Source of the DNA: a virus
IMG/VR virus record: IMGVR_UViG_3300038312_000193
Direction: 5' to 3' (one strand)
Length of the DNA: 64,000 bases
Part shown: one piece after another, positions 30,020 through 41,275 of the stretch
Numbering within the stretch: position 1 is the first letter of the stretch
How the letters are laid out: each line of letters starts with the position of its first letter
Program-made: the position numbers and the translations under genes
The notes under the pieces: generated by a model
What the model saw: the letters and a program-made list of their open reading frames with translations, nothing else
What the model was told of the DNA's origin: nothing
Database searches by the model: none

Positions 30020-30130
30020 ATAAAAATAGGTTGAGAGTCGCTATCTTAACTGACAAGAGTGGGATACCTTACACCCACTCTTTTTTATTATAAAAATGTA
30101 AGGGGTAATACTGGTAAGGAGTGTTGGAGA
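30020..30130 (+). promoter_or_regulatory. structured endonuclease leader A
   Basis: GTCGCT-loop hairpin; second loop CCTTACA complementary to TGTAAGG (30097) and to SD GTAAGG (30114). Confidence 0.7.
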
Positions 30131-31060
30131 ATGGGTAAGTGTTTAACATTTGAAGAAGTGAAATATTATATTGAAAGTTTAGGTTATATTTTAATTGATA
30201 TAATATATATTAATATTTTTTCAAAAATAACTTTTAAAGATATAGACGGTTTTTATTATTATTTACATATAAGTAATTTAAAAAAGGGATTTATTCCCAG
30301 TAAATTTCACAAATCTAATCCTTATACAATTCAAAACATAAAACTATGGTGTAAATTAAACAATAAACCATTTGAATTATTAAGTGAAGAATTTAAAGGT
30401 GCAAATAAAAACCTTAAATGGAGATGTTTAAAAGAAGATTGTGGAGAGATATTTGAAGCAAACTGGAATAAAATCATAATAGATAGAGGTTGTCCTTTTT
30501 GCGCAGGACATCAAGTAGGTTTATCTAATTGTCTAGCAACTAAAAATCCAGAACTTGCGTCTGAATGGCATCCAACCAAAAATGATGATTTAACTCCATA
30601 TGATGTGACTTGTGGAAGTAAAAAATACGTATGGTGGAAATGTAAAGAGTGTGGTTTTGAATGGGATGCAAGTATTGTTAATAGAAGAAATAATGGTTGC
30701 CCAAAATGTGCTGAATCAAAAGGTGAAAAAAGAATAAGTAAATGGTTGAATTTAAATAATATATCCTATTGTAGAGAATTTGTTTTTAATAATTTATTAA
30801 GTGATTTAGGAAATCCATTGAGATATGATTTTGCTATATTTGATAATGTAGATAAAACACAATTAAATATGTTAATTGAATATGATGGGAAACAGCATTA
30901 TGAATGGGTTAAAGGCTTTTATACAAAACAAGATTTTATAAAAATACAATATCACGATAAATTAAAAAATGATTATTGTATAAATCATAATATAAAATTA
31001 TTAAGAATTCCTTATTGGGATTTTGATAATATTGAAGAGATTTTAGATAAGGAATTCTAA
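30131..31060 (+). CDS. free-standing zinc-ribbon/Vsr-DUF559-like putative homing endonuclease
   Basis: CPFC, EWHPTKN, CPKC, ESKGE, RYDF, IEYDGKQH, LLRIPYW. Confidence 0.85.
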   Translation: MGKCLTFEEVKYYIESLGYILIDIIYINIFSKITFKDIDGFYYYLHISNLKKGFIPSKFHKSNPYTIQNIKLWCKLNNKPFELLSEEFKGANKNLKWRCLKEDCGEIFEANWNKIIIDRGCPFCAGHQVGLSNCLATKNPELASEWHPTKNDDLTPYDVTCGSKKYVWWKCKECGFEWDASIVNRRNNGCPKCAESKGEKRISKWLNLNNISYCREFVFNNLLSDLGNPLRYDFAIFDNVDKTQLNMLIEYDGKQHYEWVKGFYTKQDFIKIQYHDKLKNDYCINHNIKLLRIPYWDFDNIEEILDKEF

Positions 31061-31095
31061 TTAAAATATTAAAAGAATAAAAGGAGATTAATATA

Positions 31096-31464
31096 TTGAA
31101 ATTAACAATTAGTACCTATTATAATAATGAGTCTGGTGAGTATCTTACAACTAAATTCTATATAGATGGTGAAGAATGTAGCGAAGAAGAATATTGCGAA
31201 ATATTAGAAGATTTGAATAATATAAATAATGAAGTTGATTGTGATGGTAATTGTGAAGAATGCCCTAACAATAAATATGAACAGGAACAAGAAGAAAATC
31301 AATTTCTTCGTGCAGTAACAGATGCAGTTAATGATACTTTAGAAATGTTTGAAGATGAAAATACTTGTGATGATTGTAAATTTGAAGCATTGATGGGGTT
31401 AGTATTTTTAGGTGTAAACGGTGCATTACAAGGATGTGTGATAAAAGATAGTGGTTTTAATTAA
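31096..31464 (+). CDS. acidic Cys-rich hypothetical protein
   Basis: AAGGAG RBS; CDGNCEEC. Confidence 0.75.
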   Translation: MKLTISTYYNNESGEYLTTKFYIDGEECSEEEYCEILEDLNNINNEVDCDGNCEECPNNKYEQEQEENQFLRAVTDAVNDTLEMFEDENTCDDCKFEALMGLVFLGVNGALQGCVIKDSGFN

Positions 31465-31472
31465 ATATTGCT

Positions 31473-31507
31473 TAAATGCCCTGTTGGTTTACTAACCAGG
31501 GCATTTT
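31473..31507 (+). terminator. intrinsic terminator
   Basis: AAATGCCCTG/CAGGGCATTTT. Confidence 0.6.
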
Positions 31508-31582
31508 GTCATGCATTTAATTATGAAATGCCATGAAATTATGGTTTGATGATAATATTTAGAAATATAAATATGTTTATTT

Positions 31583-31693
31583 TAGAAGAGAGGTTTTTAG
31601 GGGTCGCTCCCCTATTCTCCGTACCCTCTCTTCTATTTTTATTTAAAGGGTTAGTACGGAGAAATAAAAATGTACGGAAAGAGGATGATAAAG
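31583..31693 (+). promoter_or_regulatory. structured endonuclease leader B
   Basis: 11-bp outer stem, GGGGTCGCTCCCC, TTCTCCGTAC complementary to GTACGGAGAA (31654) and GTACGGA (31672). Confidence 0.75.
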
Positions 31694-33007
31694 ATGCTAT
31701 TAACAAAAGAAGTTGAGGTTCAAGTAGTTGGAGGTACTTTAAAATACTATAGATCATTGGGTTATGATGTAAAGTGTAATGATAAAATATTAGTTAGTGT
31801 CTCAGATTTAAAGAAACGTTCAAAAGAAATGGTAAAAGTACAATGTGATGATTGTGGTAAAGTGTTTGATTTTCATTTTGATGCTTATCGTAAATATAGA
31901 GATGATTTTATTAATTGTAAATATCAATGTAGAGATTGTGAAATAAAAGAAATATGGGATAGGGTTAAAGATGAATGTGTTAATTTGAATTTTACTTTAA
32001 TTAGTGATATATCACATTATAAAACACATAAAAGTGAAGTTAAATTTATTTGTAATAATCATAAGGATTATGGAATTCAAAAAGTTACAGTTAATACTTT
32101 ATTAGTTAAACATTGTGGATGTAAATTATGTGCTAATGAGAAAAAAGCGAAATCTAAAGTATTAGAATTTGAGTTAGTTAAATCTAAATTTGATGAAGTA
32201 GGATATATTTTATTAGAAACAGAATATATTAGTGCAAAAACTCCGATGAGATATATTTGTCCTAAACATCCTGATATAATTCAGAAAATAACATATGATA
32301 AACTAAGTCATGGGCAAGGTTGTAAATATTGTGGATACGAGAAAATAGGTAAACATTTTAGACATTCATTTGAATATGTTTGGGATTGTTTTAATGATAA
32401 AAATTTAATCCTTATAGATGATGACTATAAAAATGACACACTTCCTTTAAGATATATATGCAAAAAGCATAGAAATAAAGGGATTCAAACAATTACTTTT
32501 AGTAGTTTAAAGGTAAGTGATTTTGGTTGTAAATATTGTGCCATAGAATATAGAGCATCTTTAATGAGTAAAGGTGGTGTAACCCCTTTACATAATTATT
32601 TACGAGAAAGAATTAATTCTTGGAAAGAAGATAGTATTAAGAATTATCATTACAAATGTGTATTAACGGGTGGACGATTTGATGTGATTCATCATTTATA
32701 TGGATTTAATATGATTTTATTAGAAACATTAGATAACTTACGTTTATCAATTCATCCGCAAGTAGGTTTATATACAGACAATGAATTATTATTAATTGAA
32801 CAAGAATGTTTAAAGTTACATTATAAATATGGATTAGGTGTATGTTTGTGCAAACCTTTACATAATTTATTTCATAAATTTTATTCTAAAGGAGAAAATA
32901 CTCCAGAACAATTTGAAGAATTTAAACAAAGATATTATAATTTTGAATTTGATGATTTATTAGACAATAAATATAAATATAAGAATATCCTGTCTAAAGT
33001 TAGTTGA
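31694..33007 (+). CDS. free-standing repeat-array HNH endonuclease
   Basis: three C..H/C..C repeats; IHHL...GVCLCKPLHNLFH HNH-type C-terminus. Confidence 0.85.
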   Translation: MLLTKEVEVQVVGGTLKYYRSLGYDVKCNDKILVSVSDLKKRSKEMVKVQCDDCGKVFDFHFDAYRKYRDDFINCKYQCRDCEIKEIWDRVKDECVNLNFTLISDISHYKTHKSEVKFICNNHKDYGIQKVTVNTLLVKHCGCKLCANEKKAKSKVLEFELVKSKFDEVGYILLETEYISAKTPMRYICPKHPDIIQKITYDKLSHGQGCKYCGYEKIGKHFRHSFEYVWDCFNDKNLILIDDDYKNDTLPLRYICKKHRNKGIQTITFSSLKVSDFGCKYCAIEYRASLMSKGGVTPLHNYLRERINSWKEDSIKNYHYKCVLTGGRFDVIHHLYGFNMILLETLDNLRLSIHPQVGLYTDNELLLIEQECLKLHYKYGLGVCLCKPLHNLFHKFYSKGENTPEQFEEFKQRYYNFEFDDLLDNKYKYKNILSKVS

Positions 33008-33026
33008 TTAAAAGGTGGTGGTGATA

Positions 33027-34061
33027 ATGCCAAAATTAGGTAAAAAACCTTATATTCCCAAAAAGGATTTAAACTTAACTTGTGCAGCATGTGGGGAATT
33101 AAAAAAGGAAACAAATTTTTACACTAGTTATAATCCTATTCATCAAACTGGACGTATCCCTTACTGCAAGTCTTGTCTTAAAAAAATGATTAGTGATGAA
33201 AAAGGAAATGTAACAATAGATAAATTACAGTCCACTCTTCAATTAATGGATCGTCCGTTTATTTTTGATCTTTGGAAAATATCTTTAGAAGGTAAAATGG
33301 ATAGTTTTGGTTGCTATATGAAAAATTTAAGTCTTAAACAAAATCGTGAACTTACATGGAAAGATTCTGAATTTAAACCTCAGTTAAATAGTGGATTAAA
33401 TTATGATAAAACATTAGATGTAGATATTAATAATAATGATAATAATGATGTTAATATATCAGAAGATTTAATTGAAAAATGGGGTTTTGGATATACCGAA
33501 CAGGAATTATCTTTATTTGAAAAGAAATGGAAACAACTTATAGATAATTACGGTGAAAAAACATCTTTTCATATAGAAGGATTAAAAACATATATAAGAT
33601 TTAGAGTTAAAGAAGAATTGGCAACCGCAAAGGGTGAAGTCAAAGATGCAAAAGAATGGGCAGCAATGGCTAAAGATGCTGCTACTGCTGCAAAAATTAA
33701 TGTTTCACAATTATCAAAATCTGATATTAGTGGTGGAGTAGATTTACTTCCACAATTATTTGAGGCAGTTGAATCAGAAGTAGGTATAATTCCTATACTA
33801 CCTTATTTAAAAGAACAACCTTATGATGATGCAGATTTGATTATTTGGACTATTGTTAATTATATAAGAAGATTGGAAGATAAACCAAGAATTGAATATA
33901 AAGAAATTTGGAATTTTTATGATCAAATGCTTTCAGATTATTATAACCAAAAGGGTTATTCAAATGAAATGGTGCAAAAAGAAAAAATAAAAAGAAATAA
34001 CGTATTTAGAGATTTAGGAGAAGTTTATAAAGAACCTGTTTATGAAGATGGTGATAATTAA
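33027..34061 (+). CDS. putative terminase small subunit / zinc-finger packaging protein
   Basis: CAAC...CKSC; translationally coupled to large terminase. Confidence 0.6.
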   Translation: MPKLGKKPYIPKKDLNLTCAACGELKKETNFYTSYNPIHQTGRIPYCKSCLKKMISDEKGNVTIDKLQSTLQLMDRPFIFDLWKISLEGKMDSFGCYMKNLSLKQNRELTWKDSEFKPQLNSGLNYDKTLDVDINNNDNNDVNISEDLIEKWGFGYTEQELSLFEKKWKQLIDNYGEKTSFHIEGLKTYIRFRVKEELATAKGEVKDAKEWAAMAKDAATAAKINVSQLSKSDISGGVDLLPQLFEAVESEVGIIPILPYLKEQPYDDADLIIWTIVNYIRRLEDKPRIEYKEIWNFYDQMLSDYYNQKGYSNEMVQKEKIKRNNVFRDLGEVYKEPVYEDGDN

Positions 34062-35815
34062 TGCCCTCTTATGCTAATTTTGAGAGTAAAAATAAAAAAT
34101 ATACTAAAAATAGATATGATATTTATGAACCAGCTTTTGAAACTCCTTTAAAAGCATCTGAATATAATTCAAATATAATTACAAGAAATATACAGGACTT
34201 TTCTGAAGTATGTTCTTTTCTTCGTTGGATGCCAGATATTTTTTGGGATATGTATAAACCTGAAAATGGTGGTTTAGTTTTTGATTTACACCAAAGAGTA
34301 ATGATTAGATTATTAGCAAGATTTCCCGAAAATTATTTTTGCGCTCCTAGAGGGATTAGTAAAACATTAATTCATGTAATGAACCAATACTGTACGGCCT
34401 GTTGTTTCCCTGGAGTGTCTCTCTCGATCACAGCTTCAACCAAAGAACAATCGGTTAAGATTTGGAAAGATAAACATGATGAAATTCTAAGATTTTATCC
34501 TTCGTTTGCTGAAAATATTAGATCGGCAACCTTTTCCAAAGACTCTGGAAAAGTTGAATTTGTAAATGGAAGTGTGGTTGATAATCTTGCAAATTCCCAA
34601 CAGAGTAAAGGTTTGAGGAGGCACAGAGGTGGTCTGGAAGAAAGCGCATTAATTGATAAAGATACATATGATGATTGTATTGAACCAATTTTTAACATTG
34701 GTAGAACTACAATGACTAGTGAAAATGATCCAGAAGAATTGAATGGACAAATTAATAGATATAGTACTTCAGGTTATAAAAATAGTGATGAATATGAAAA
34801 AATTATAACTATTGCAAAAAATATGGTTGATTTAAAAGGGTCATTCGTTTTTGGTTCAGATTGGTTTATACCTGTTCATTTTGGTAGACAAAAGAAATCA
34901 ACTATAGATAAAGCAAGAAAAAGTAATATAATTCGTTTTAAACAAAATTACTTATGTGATTGGGTAGGAGTAAGTGATGGTGGTTTAATTAATATTAGTA
35001 AATTAATTAAAGCTAGGACTATTACTTTACCCGAATTAGAATGTCCAAGAGATAAAAGAGGAAATTATGAATTATGTGAATATGTATTAGGTGTTGATGT
35101 AGCAAGAAGTTCTTCAGAAAATAATAATAAATCAGCTATAGTTGTTTTAAAAATTATTAGAAATCAATCAGGATTAATTAGGCAAATTCATATTGTCAAT
35201 ATAATAACACCCCCAAATGGTTTGAATTATGAAGAACAATCGGTAATAGTTAAAAGAGTTTTTTATCAATATGGTGGTAATTTAGATATTGGCAAATCTA
35301 GAGTAAAAGCTATCGTGGTCGATGGGAATGTAATTGGGCAGGGGTTAGTTGAAAAATTATTGGAAGATGTAACCGATTTTGAAACTAATCAAGAATTAGG
35401 GTGTTTTGCAACTATTAATACAGATGATAAACCGAAAGTTAAAGATGCACCTCCTTTTGTTTATGTTTTAAAAGCACAAGGTATTAATGGTGATATTATT
35501 AGAGAGTTTATAAATTATGTTGAGTCCAATAAATTAAAATTAGTGAAGTCTTTTGATGATATTAAACAAAATATACCAAAGGAGATTAATGAAGAAATAA
35601 TAGAAACTATTTGTTTACAAACACAATTATTAATAGATGAAGTAGCAAATTTAAAACTAAAAAAAACGCAAAATTCAATAACCGTAGAGCAAGTAGTTAA
35701 AAGGGTCGATAAAGATAGGTATTCAGGACTTGTTTATGGTTTGTATTACATATCTATGTTTTTAGAAGGAGAACAAGATGATTCTGATTATGATTTTGTT
35801 TTTGCATCATCGTAA
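34061..35815 (+). CDS. terL: terminase large subunit
   Basis: APRGISKT, GLRRH..LEES, GVDVARS, VDGNVIG, KDRYS. Confidence 0.9.
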   Translation: MPSYANFESKNKKYTKNRYDIYEPAFETPLKASEYNSNIITRNIQDFSEVCSFLRWMPDIFWDMYKPENGGLVFDLHQRVMIRLLARFPENYFCAPRGISKTLIHVMNQYCTACCFPGVSLSITASTKEQSVKIWKDKHDEILRFYPSFAENIRSATFSKDSGKVEFVNGSVVDNLANSQQSKGLRRHRGGLEESALIDKDTYDDCIEPIFNIGRTTMTSENDPEELNGQINRYSTSGYKNSDEYEKIITIAKNMVDLKGSFVFGSDWFIPVHFGRQKKSTIDKARKSNIIRFKQNYLCDWVGVSDGGLINISKLIKARTITLPELECPRDKRGNYELCEYVLGVDVARSSSENNNKSAIVVLKIIRNQSGLIRQIHIVNIITPPNGLNYEEQSVIVKRVFYQYGGNLDIGKSRVKAIVVDGNVIGQGLVEKLLEDVTDFETNQELGCFATINTDDKPKVKDAPPFVYVLKAQGINGDIIREFINYVESNKLKLVKSFDDIKQNIPKEINEEIIETICLQTQLLIDEVANLKLKKTQNSITVEQVVKRVDKDRYSGLVYGLYYISMFLEGEQDDSDYDFVFASS

Positions 35816-35848
35816 TATAAATATCTATAGAAAGGAGGTTTCCTTTTA

Positions 35849-37435
35849 TTGAGTGAAAAAGAAAGTGGTTTTGATATTGAAGTGAATTCATTAAGAGATA
35901 TGAATTATTATTTATCTGATACAACTTCTAATCCAAAATATTCTATGGAAAACTTAAAACAATACATTAAATATCCTATGATTTATAACAGGATTTTAAG
36001 AGTTATATCAAAACAAGCATATTATTCTAATGGATTATACGGAGAATCAATAGATAGAATGGTATCTTTACCTACATTATCTTATATAACTACTTTACGA
36101 AATAAAATAGGTAAAATGAAAAATTTCAAAAGTAGATTTAATTATGTGCTTAAATTATTAAATATTGATAGGTCAACTAGGGATATTCTTAGAAATTTAT
36201 TTATAGAAGGTATGTCAGTTAGTATTTTACGGGATACAACTGCATCAAATAAAAATATTGATACTTCATCTGGTTCAATTGAAACAATAGATAGATTAGA
36301 AGGTTTATCACTTAATGATAATTTTATGCTTCAACCATTAAATAACGATTATTGTAAAATTGTAGGGTTTCAAAATAATGTAAGTATTGCAGCGTTTGAT
36401 ATGCAATACTTTGATCAATTTAAACATGGTGGATTAGTGCATGAAATTAAGAATTACCCAAAGGAATTTATTAAGGCATATACCGAATATAAAAGAGATG
36501 TAAGTAAAAGATGGTTTATTCTTGATTATAAAAAGACTATTGCTTTAAAAGCAAAAGCTAGTGAGTTAGATGCTTTTGGAATTCCTTTTGGAATATCGGC
36601 TTTTGTTGATATAAAAATGAATGATGAATATGGTAATAGTCAATATAAATTAATTCAAGAGTTAGCTAGTAGTATATATTATTTAATACTTCCTGAAGGA
36701 GAAAAAGCAGGATCGTGTAGTCTTAATAAAACTCAGCAGGAAAATGTAATTAAAGCATTTGAAAATGCAGTTAAATTAAACACAAATGCTAATAGTAGTG
36801 CAAAAATTTCTACACTATCACTAGCACCAGGAACAAAAATAGATAGATTATCAAAAGACAGTTCGTTACTTAAAGATACATTAAATGAAGAAAATATGAA
36901 AAAAATATCTACAAATTTAGGTTTTGCTATATCTGCTTTAAATGCAGAAAGTCAAAATGCTAATTTAGGAAGTTTACAGATTAATTTAGATTTAATATCT
37001 GCACAAATATTTCAATATGTAAACGAAATAGCAAAAGAACAAACTAGGGTGATTAACGAGCATTTAGGTGTTTTACCTAGAGATTATATTGATATTAAAT
37101 ACTTACCTATAACTTGGCTAAATAGAAAAGATGTATATGAAAAAGCAAAAGATTTATATATGACTACTGGTGGAAGTAGAATGTTTTATATTGCAAGTGC
37201 AGGTTTTGATCCTGATGATTATTTAAGTATTTGTGACGAAGAATTTGAGGCAGGATTAGATGAAAAATATCTCCCTCATATTACTAGTTATACTGCAACA
37301 GATAGTGCCGATAAAGTTAATCCTGAAGGAAATTTTGGAGGAAGACCGTCAAAGGATATCAAAGATTTGAAAGATTCTGGTTTGAAAACTAGAAATTTTA
37401 AAAATAATGAACAAAAAGTTAAAAATAAAAAATAA
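35849..37435 (+). CDS. portal protein
   Basis: position after terL, size, C-terminal GGRP. Confidence 0.8.
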   Translation: MSEKESGFDIEVNSLRDMNYYLSDTTSNPKYSMENLKQYIKYPMIYNRILRVISKQAYYSNGLYGESIDRMVSLPTLSYITTLRNKIGKMKNFKSRFNYVLKLLNIDRSTRDILRNLFIEGMSVSILRDTTASNKNIDTSSGSIETIDRLEGLSLNDNFMLQPLNNDYCKIVGFQNNVSIAAFDMQYFDQFKHGGLVHEIKNYPKEFIKAYTEYKRDVSKRWFILDYKKTIALKAKASELDAFGIPFGISAFVDIKMNDEYGNSQYKLIQELASSIYYLILPEGEKAGSCSLNKTQQENVIKAFENAVKLNTNANSSAKISTLSLAPGTKIDRLSKDSSLLKDTLNEENMKKISTNLGFAISALNAESQNANLGSLQINLDLISAQIFQYVNEIAKEQTRVINEHLGVLPRDYIDIKYLPITWLNRKDVYEKAKDLYMTTGGSRMFYIASAGFDPDDYLSICDEEFEAGLDEKYLPHITSYTATDSADKVNPEGNFGGRPSKDIKDLKDSGLKTRNFKNNEQKVKNKK

Positions 37436-37468
37436 TAATATGATCAATTAAGGGGGTGAGTGTATTTT

Positions 37469-38989
37469 GTGAGTAAGTTTATATTAAATAATCAGTACAT
37501 AGAAATATGCGAAATGCCTGAAGAAGAATTGGCAGGACGCAGTAAAATCAAAATGTCAGCCCTAGAAATAGTGCCAGATAATTCTTCTTATAATGATAAT
37601 GGTATAACATGGTTAAGAGAATATATAGATGCAAATATTAAATCCGCAATTGGAATGCCCTATGTTGTTTCGTGGTTAGATGAAGAAAATCAAATTCCTT
37701 CAGATCATGGAATAATGAATTTCGATGATGAAGGTAATGTTGTTTTTGATGGTGTAACCGTTGGAACTGTGCTAGATGCTTATATTGAAGATATTGAAAT
37801 TGATGGTGAAACTAAAACTTTATTAATGACAGAGGGATTTATATATCGTCAAAGATATCCTAAATTTGTTGATTGGTTAAAAACTGAAATTGAAAATGGT
37901 AAAATTTATGGTTCTATTGAAATCAATGGTAAAGGTGAATCTAAGATAATTGAATATTTAGATGGTTCTACTAATTCAGATGGTACAAAAAAAATGGGTC
38001 GTATACCTACAGAGTTTGATTTTTCAGGATTAGCCATATTATATCTCACTGATCCTGCTGATAAAAATTCTATTGTTTTTGAAGTTAATTCAAAAGAAGG
38101 TGAAAATAAAAATATGGATATAGTAAATAAAGGTGTAACTATTGAAATGAATAAACTTAATTATTATGATATTTGCACGTTAATTACACGTGCTTTTAAT
38201 AAAGCAATGGGTTGTGATGATTGCTACTGTTGTGATTATGATATTTATAGGTTTTATCCAATTGAATCACAAGTTATTTTTAACAAATGGCGTGAAGTAG
38301 GTATTTATTATTCAACTACATATAAGATTGAGAATTCAGCAGTTACAATTGGGGAAATAATTAAAGTACAAGAAGATTGGACTCCAACTGCCGATTCTCA
38401 ACCTGTAGAAATAAATATAAATCAGATTAAAAAAATAATTGCTGAACAAAATCAAAAAGGAGGAACAGAAGTAATGAATGTTGAGGAATTAAATGCTAAA
38501 ATCGCTGAATTAAGTTCACAATTAACTGAACTGAATAATAAGGTAACTGAACTTAATTCTGTGAATGTTGAAAAGGATAATAAAATAGCAGAACTTAATG
38601 AAGCACTTGTAACCGCTAACAAGTCACTTGAAGAAGTTAATGCTAAATATTCTACACTTGAAGTAGAAACTAATGAATATAAGGAAAATTTAAATAAAAT
38701 TGAAACTGAAAAGAAAAAAGCAGAAGTAAATTCTTATTTTGAGGTTGAAATTCCTAAAAATAAATTTGATGAAGTAGAAGTTAATTCTCTAAAAGAGTAT
38801 GTTGAAAAATGTGATCTTGAAGGATTAAAGAAAGCTGAAGCGGATTTAATTGTTAAAAGGTTTAAAGAAGGAAAATTAACTGGTATTGAAACTAATTCAA
38901 CAAAAGAAGAAAATAATATTTTCTTCCATACTAAAGAAGAAAAGATGGATGAAAACTTAGTAGATGCTGGCAAAGCATTATTTGTTTAA
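37469..38989 (+). CDS. prohead protease/scaffold
   Basis: DHG, GSIEI motifs; long coiled-coil C-terminus. Confidence 0.75.
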   Translation: MSKFILNNQYIEICEMPEEELAGRSKIKMSALEIVPDNSSYNDNGITWLREYIDANIKSAIGMPYVVSWLDEENQIPSDHGIMNFDDEGNVVFDGVTVGTVLDAYIEDIEIDGETKTLLMTEGFIYRQRYPKFVDWLKTEIENGKIYGSIEINGKGESKIIEYLDGSTNSDGTKKMGRIPTEFDFSGLAILYLTDPADKNSIVFEVNSKEGENKNMDIVNKGVTIEMNKLNYYDICTLITRAFNKAMGCDDCYCCDYDIYRFYPIESQVIFNKWREVGIYYSTTYKIENSAVTIGEIIKVQEDWTPTADSQPVEININQIKKIIAEQNQKGGTEVMNVEELNAKIAELSSQLTELNNKVTELNSVNVEKDNKIAELNEALVTANKSLEEVNAKYSTLEVETNEYKENLNKIETEKKKAEVNSYFEVEIPKNKFDEVEVNSLKEYVEKCDLEGLKKAEADLIVKRFKEGKLTGIETNSTKEENNIFFHTKEEKMDENLVDAGKALFV

Positions 38990-39011
38990 TTAATAAAGGA
39001 GGATAATAAAT

Positions 39012-39857
39012 ATGAGTCTTTTTAAATTTCAAAATTATAGTGCAATAAAAAATGTTAAAGATAATCCTAGAGTAAAGGCAACTCAGATTACCAAGAATGG
39101 TTATGCTTTTGGTATTGCCGCTTATACTTCTGGTGGAACAAAATCTAAGGTAGAAATTACTGTTGCTGGTACTACTCCTGCGGATGGTAATATCATATTT
39201 GATATTGGTGGGCAAAGAGTATATACAAATATAGCAGGATCAACTCAAACTACTGCTGCCTTGGTAGCTGCTGAAATTAAAGCCTCTTTAGATGCAGTGT
39301 TACTTGGTTTATCATATACAGTTGCTATTTCATCTGCAAAGATTACTGTAACTGCACCTGCAAACGGAGTTAGTATTATTCCTGTAACTGTTGATGGTGT
39401 AAATATGGGATTAAGTGCATGTACTCTTTCGATGACATATACTGCTGGCACTGATGCCGTATCTTATGACGAAGCTGCCGTTCCTTTTGCTGATGATGCC
39501 GCAACTAAAGCAGGGCAGGTTTATGTTGCTATGAATATAATTGATAAACCTGAAACTATTAATACTTCTGATTATCAAGTTGAAATTGGAGAATATGTTA
39601 GATCAATCAATCTTAACAATATGATAGATGAATATGTTGAAATATCTAGTGATTTATGCACAACTGCTTTTACTAGTGTAAACGTTGGAGATATTTTAGT
39701 TCCTATTCCTTCTGGTACTAATAATATGAAATGGGAAGTAACTAGTGCCACTGGTTATAATGTAGTATTAGTGGTTAAAAAGAAAACTCCTTTTGGAGCA
39801 TTTACTATTGATGGTTCTTCTGATGGTGGGTATCTCTGTCAGATTTCGTCAAATTAA
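39012..39857 (+). CDS. capsid-associated/decoration protein
   Basis: between scaffold and capsid genes; Ala/Thr/Gly beta-rich. Confidence 0.65.
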   Translation: MSLFKFQNYSAIKNVKDNPRVKATQITKNGYAFGIAAYTSGGTKSKVEITVAGTTPADGNIIFDIGGQRVYTNIAGSTQTTAALVAAEIKASLDAVLLGLSYTVAISSAKITVTAPANGVSIIPVTVDGVNMGLSACTLSMTYTAGTDAVSYDEAAVPFADDAATKAGQVYVAMNIIDKPETINTSDYQVEIGEYVRSINLNNMIDEYVEISSDLCTTAFTSVNVGDILVPIPSGTNNMKWEVTSATGYNVVLVVKKKTPFGAFTIDGSSDGGYLCQISSN

Positions 39858-39883
39858 TAAAATAAATGTAGGAGGTAAACAAT

Positions 39884-41254
39884 ATGTTTGACATAAAGAG
39901 TATTAAAGTTGAAGCACAAAATGTAGAAGTTAATTCTGCAATGAAGAAAACTCAACCTAAAAACGAAGGAGTAGAAATATTCTCTGCTATTTGTACTGGT
40001 AAAGATTTAAGTAGATATGGTAAAAAAGTTGATTCAGTTATGGCATATATGACAAATTTAGGACAAAAAGCAGTTGATGGAGATATCCAGGCAAAAGCCG
40101 AAATAAATGCAATTAGAACTCTAATGATTGAAGCACCTTTGGTAAAAAGATTAAATATTTTTGATTTTATGGGTGAAAAAATTAGTGTTGGTTTCGATGA
40201 AGAAGTAAGATTTAAGGTTTATCAACTTCAGGGAACTAAATCTAGTACTCAGGCTAATAGTGGTAGTTTCCCGTTTGCAACTTATAATTGGAGAACCCAA
40301 GTAATGGATGAATTTAAGACTATTACTGGTGGTATTTTAGTTGATTATAGAGAAGTTGCATCTGGTAATACTGATGCTATTAATGTAGCAAACGAGCAAG
40401 TTATTACTGATATGTTAAATCAGATGTTTTATCAGGTATTGGTTGCTTATTACAATGGTATTAAAGGTGCTACTAGTTTGAAAAATTTTGTTGAAGCATC
40501 AGGTATAACTAAATCTGCTCTTGACGCAGTAATTAAGAAAGCACGTAGATTTGGTAATTTAACTATTACTGGTGATTATTCTGTAGTTTCTCAACTTGAA
40601 GATTTTGTTGGATTTACTACTACTACTAATACAGTACAGTTCTCTGAAGCAGTTATGGAAGAAATACGCAAAACTGGTATGCTGAAATTCTATAGAGGTT
40701 TAGGAGTTGTTGAAATTCCTAATACTTATAATTTGACTGAACTTAATAGTGGTGCAGATTTCTTTGAAACTTATCTGCCTGAAGGTTTACTTTTAGTATT
40801 GCCTACTGGTGCAATTAGTCCTTTGAAGATTGGTGTAAAGGGTGGTTTAACTTCATTGTCTGCTACTGATATTAATCTTAAATCAGAAGTCACACGTTTC
40901 GATATGGAATTCGGTAGATTTTGTGCCGCTTAATACAGTAATGTATTAATGATAATCCCTGAAAAAATCTGGAACCCTAAGTCGTAATTTGATATGGGAA
41001 TCAGAGGTGAAGGTTAATTTTCAAAGATTAACCAGCCGCAACGCATACGGATTGAAACTACAATGTAGAATATAATATCCGCAAGAGGCAGGGACATCCC
41101 ATGTGGATGAAAAGATATGCTGAACTTATAGGAAACTATAAGAACTAGAGGATAAAAAACCTTTAGGATAACAAAATTGACAGAATTAATAAAAGAGTAT
41201 ATACCTATGGTTGGGTTAATATCTGATTCAGATTATGCCGTAGATAAAAGATAA
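39884..41254 (+). CDS. major capsid protein, spliced: join(39884..40915,41180..41254), 368 aa
   Basis: position and size; frame restored as ...RFDMEFG|TELIKEYIPMVGLISDSDYAVDKR*. Confidence 0.85.
40916..41179 (+). ncRNA. group I intron, ORF-less, 264 nt
   Basis: exon ends in U; P1 CGGU/GCCG; P10 UUUUGU/ACAGAA; P3 UCCCUG/CAGGGA; P7 GCAUA/UAUGC; P9 hairpins; terminal G. Confidence 0.9.
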
Positions 41255-41275
41255 TTTAATAATGTAATTATTTTT

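Noticed and set aside
22000-35815. Inteins in RNA polymerase or terminase
   Set aside because: Lengths are normal; no Cys-start/His-Asn-end blocks or LAGLIDADG motifs.
40916-40933. Capsid C-terminus RFCAA* from the ORF track
   Set aside because: It is read-through into the intron P1/guide sequence.
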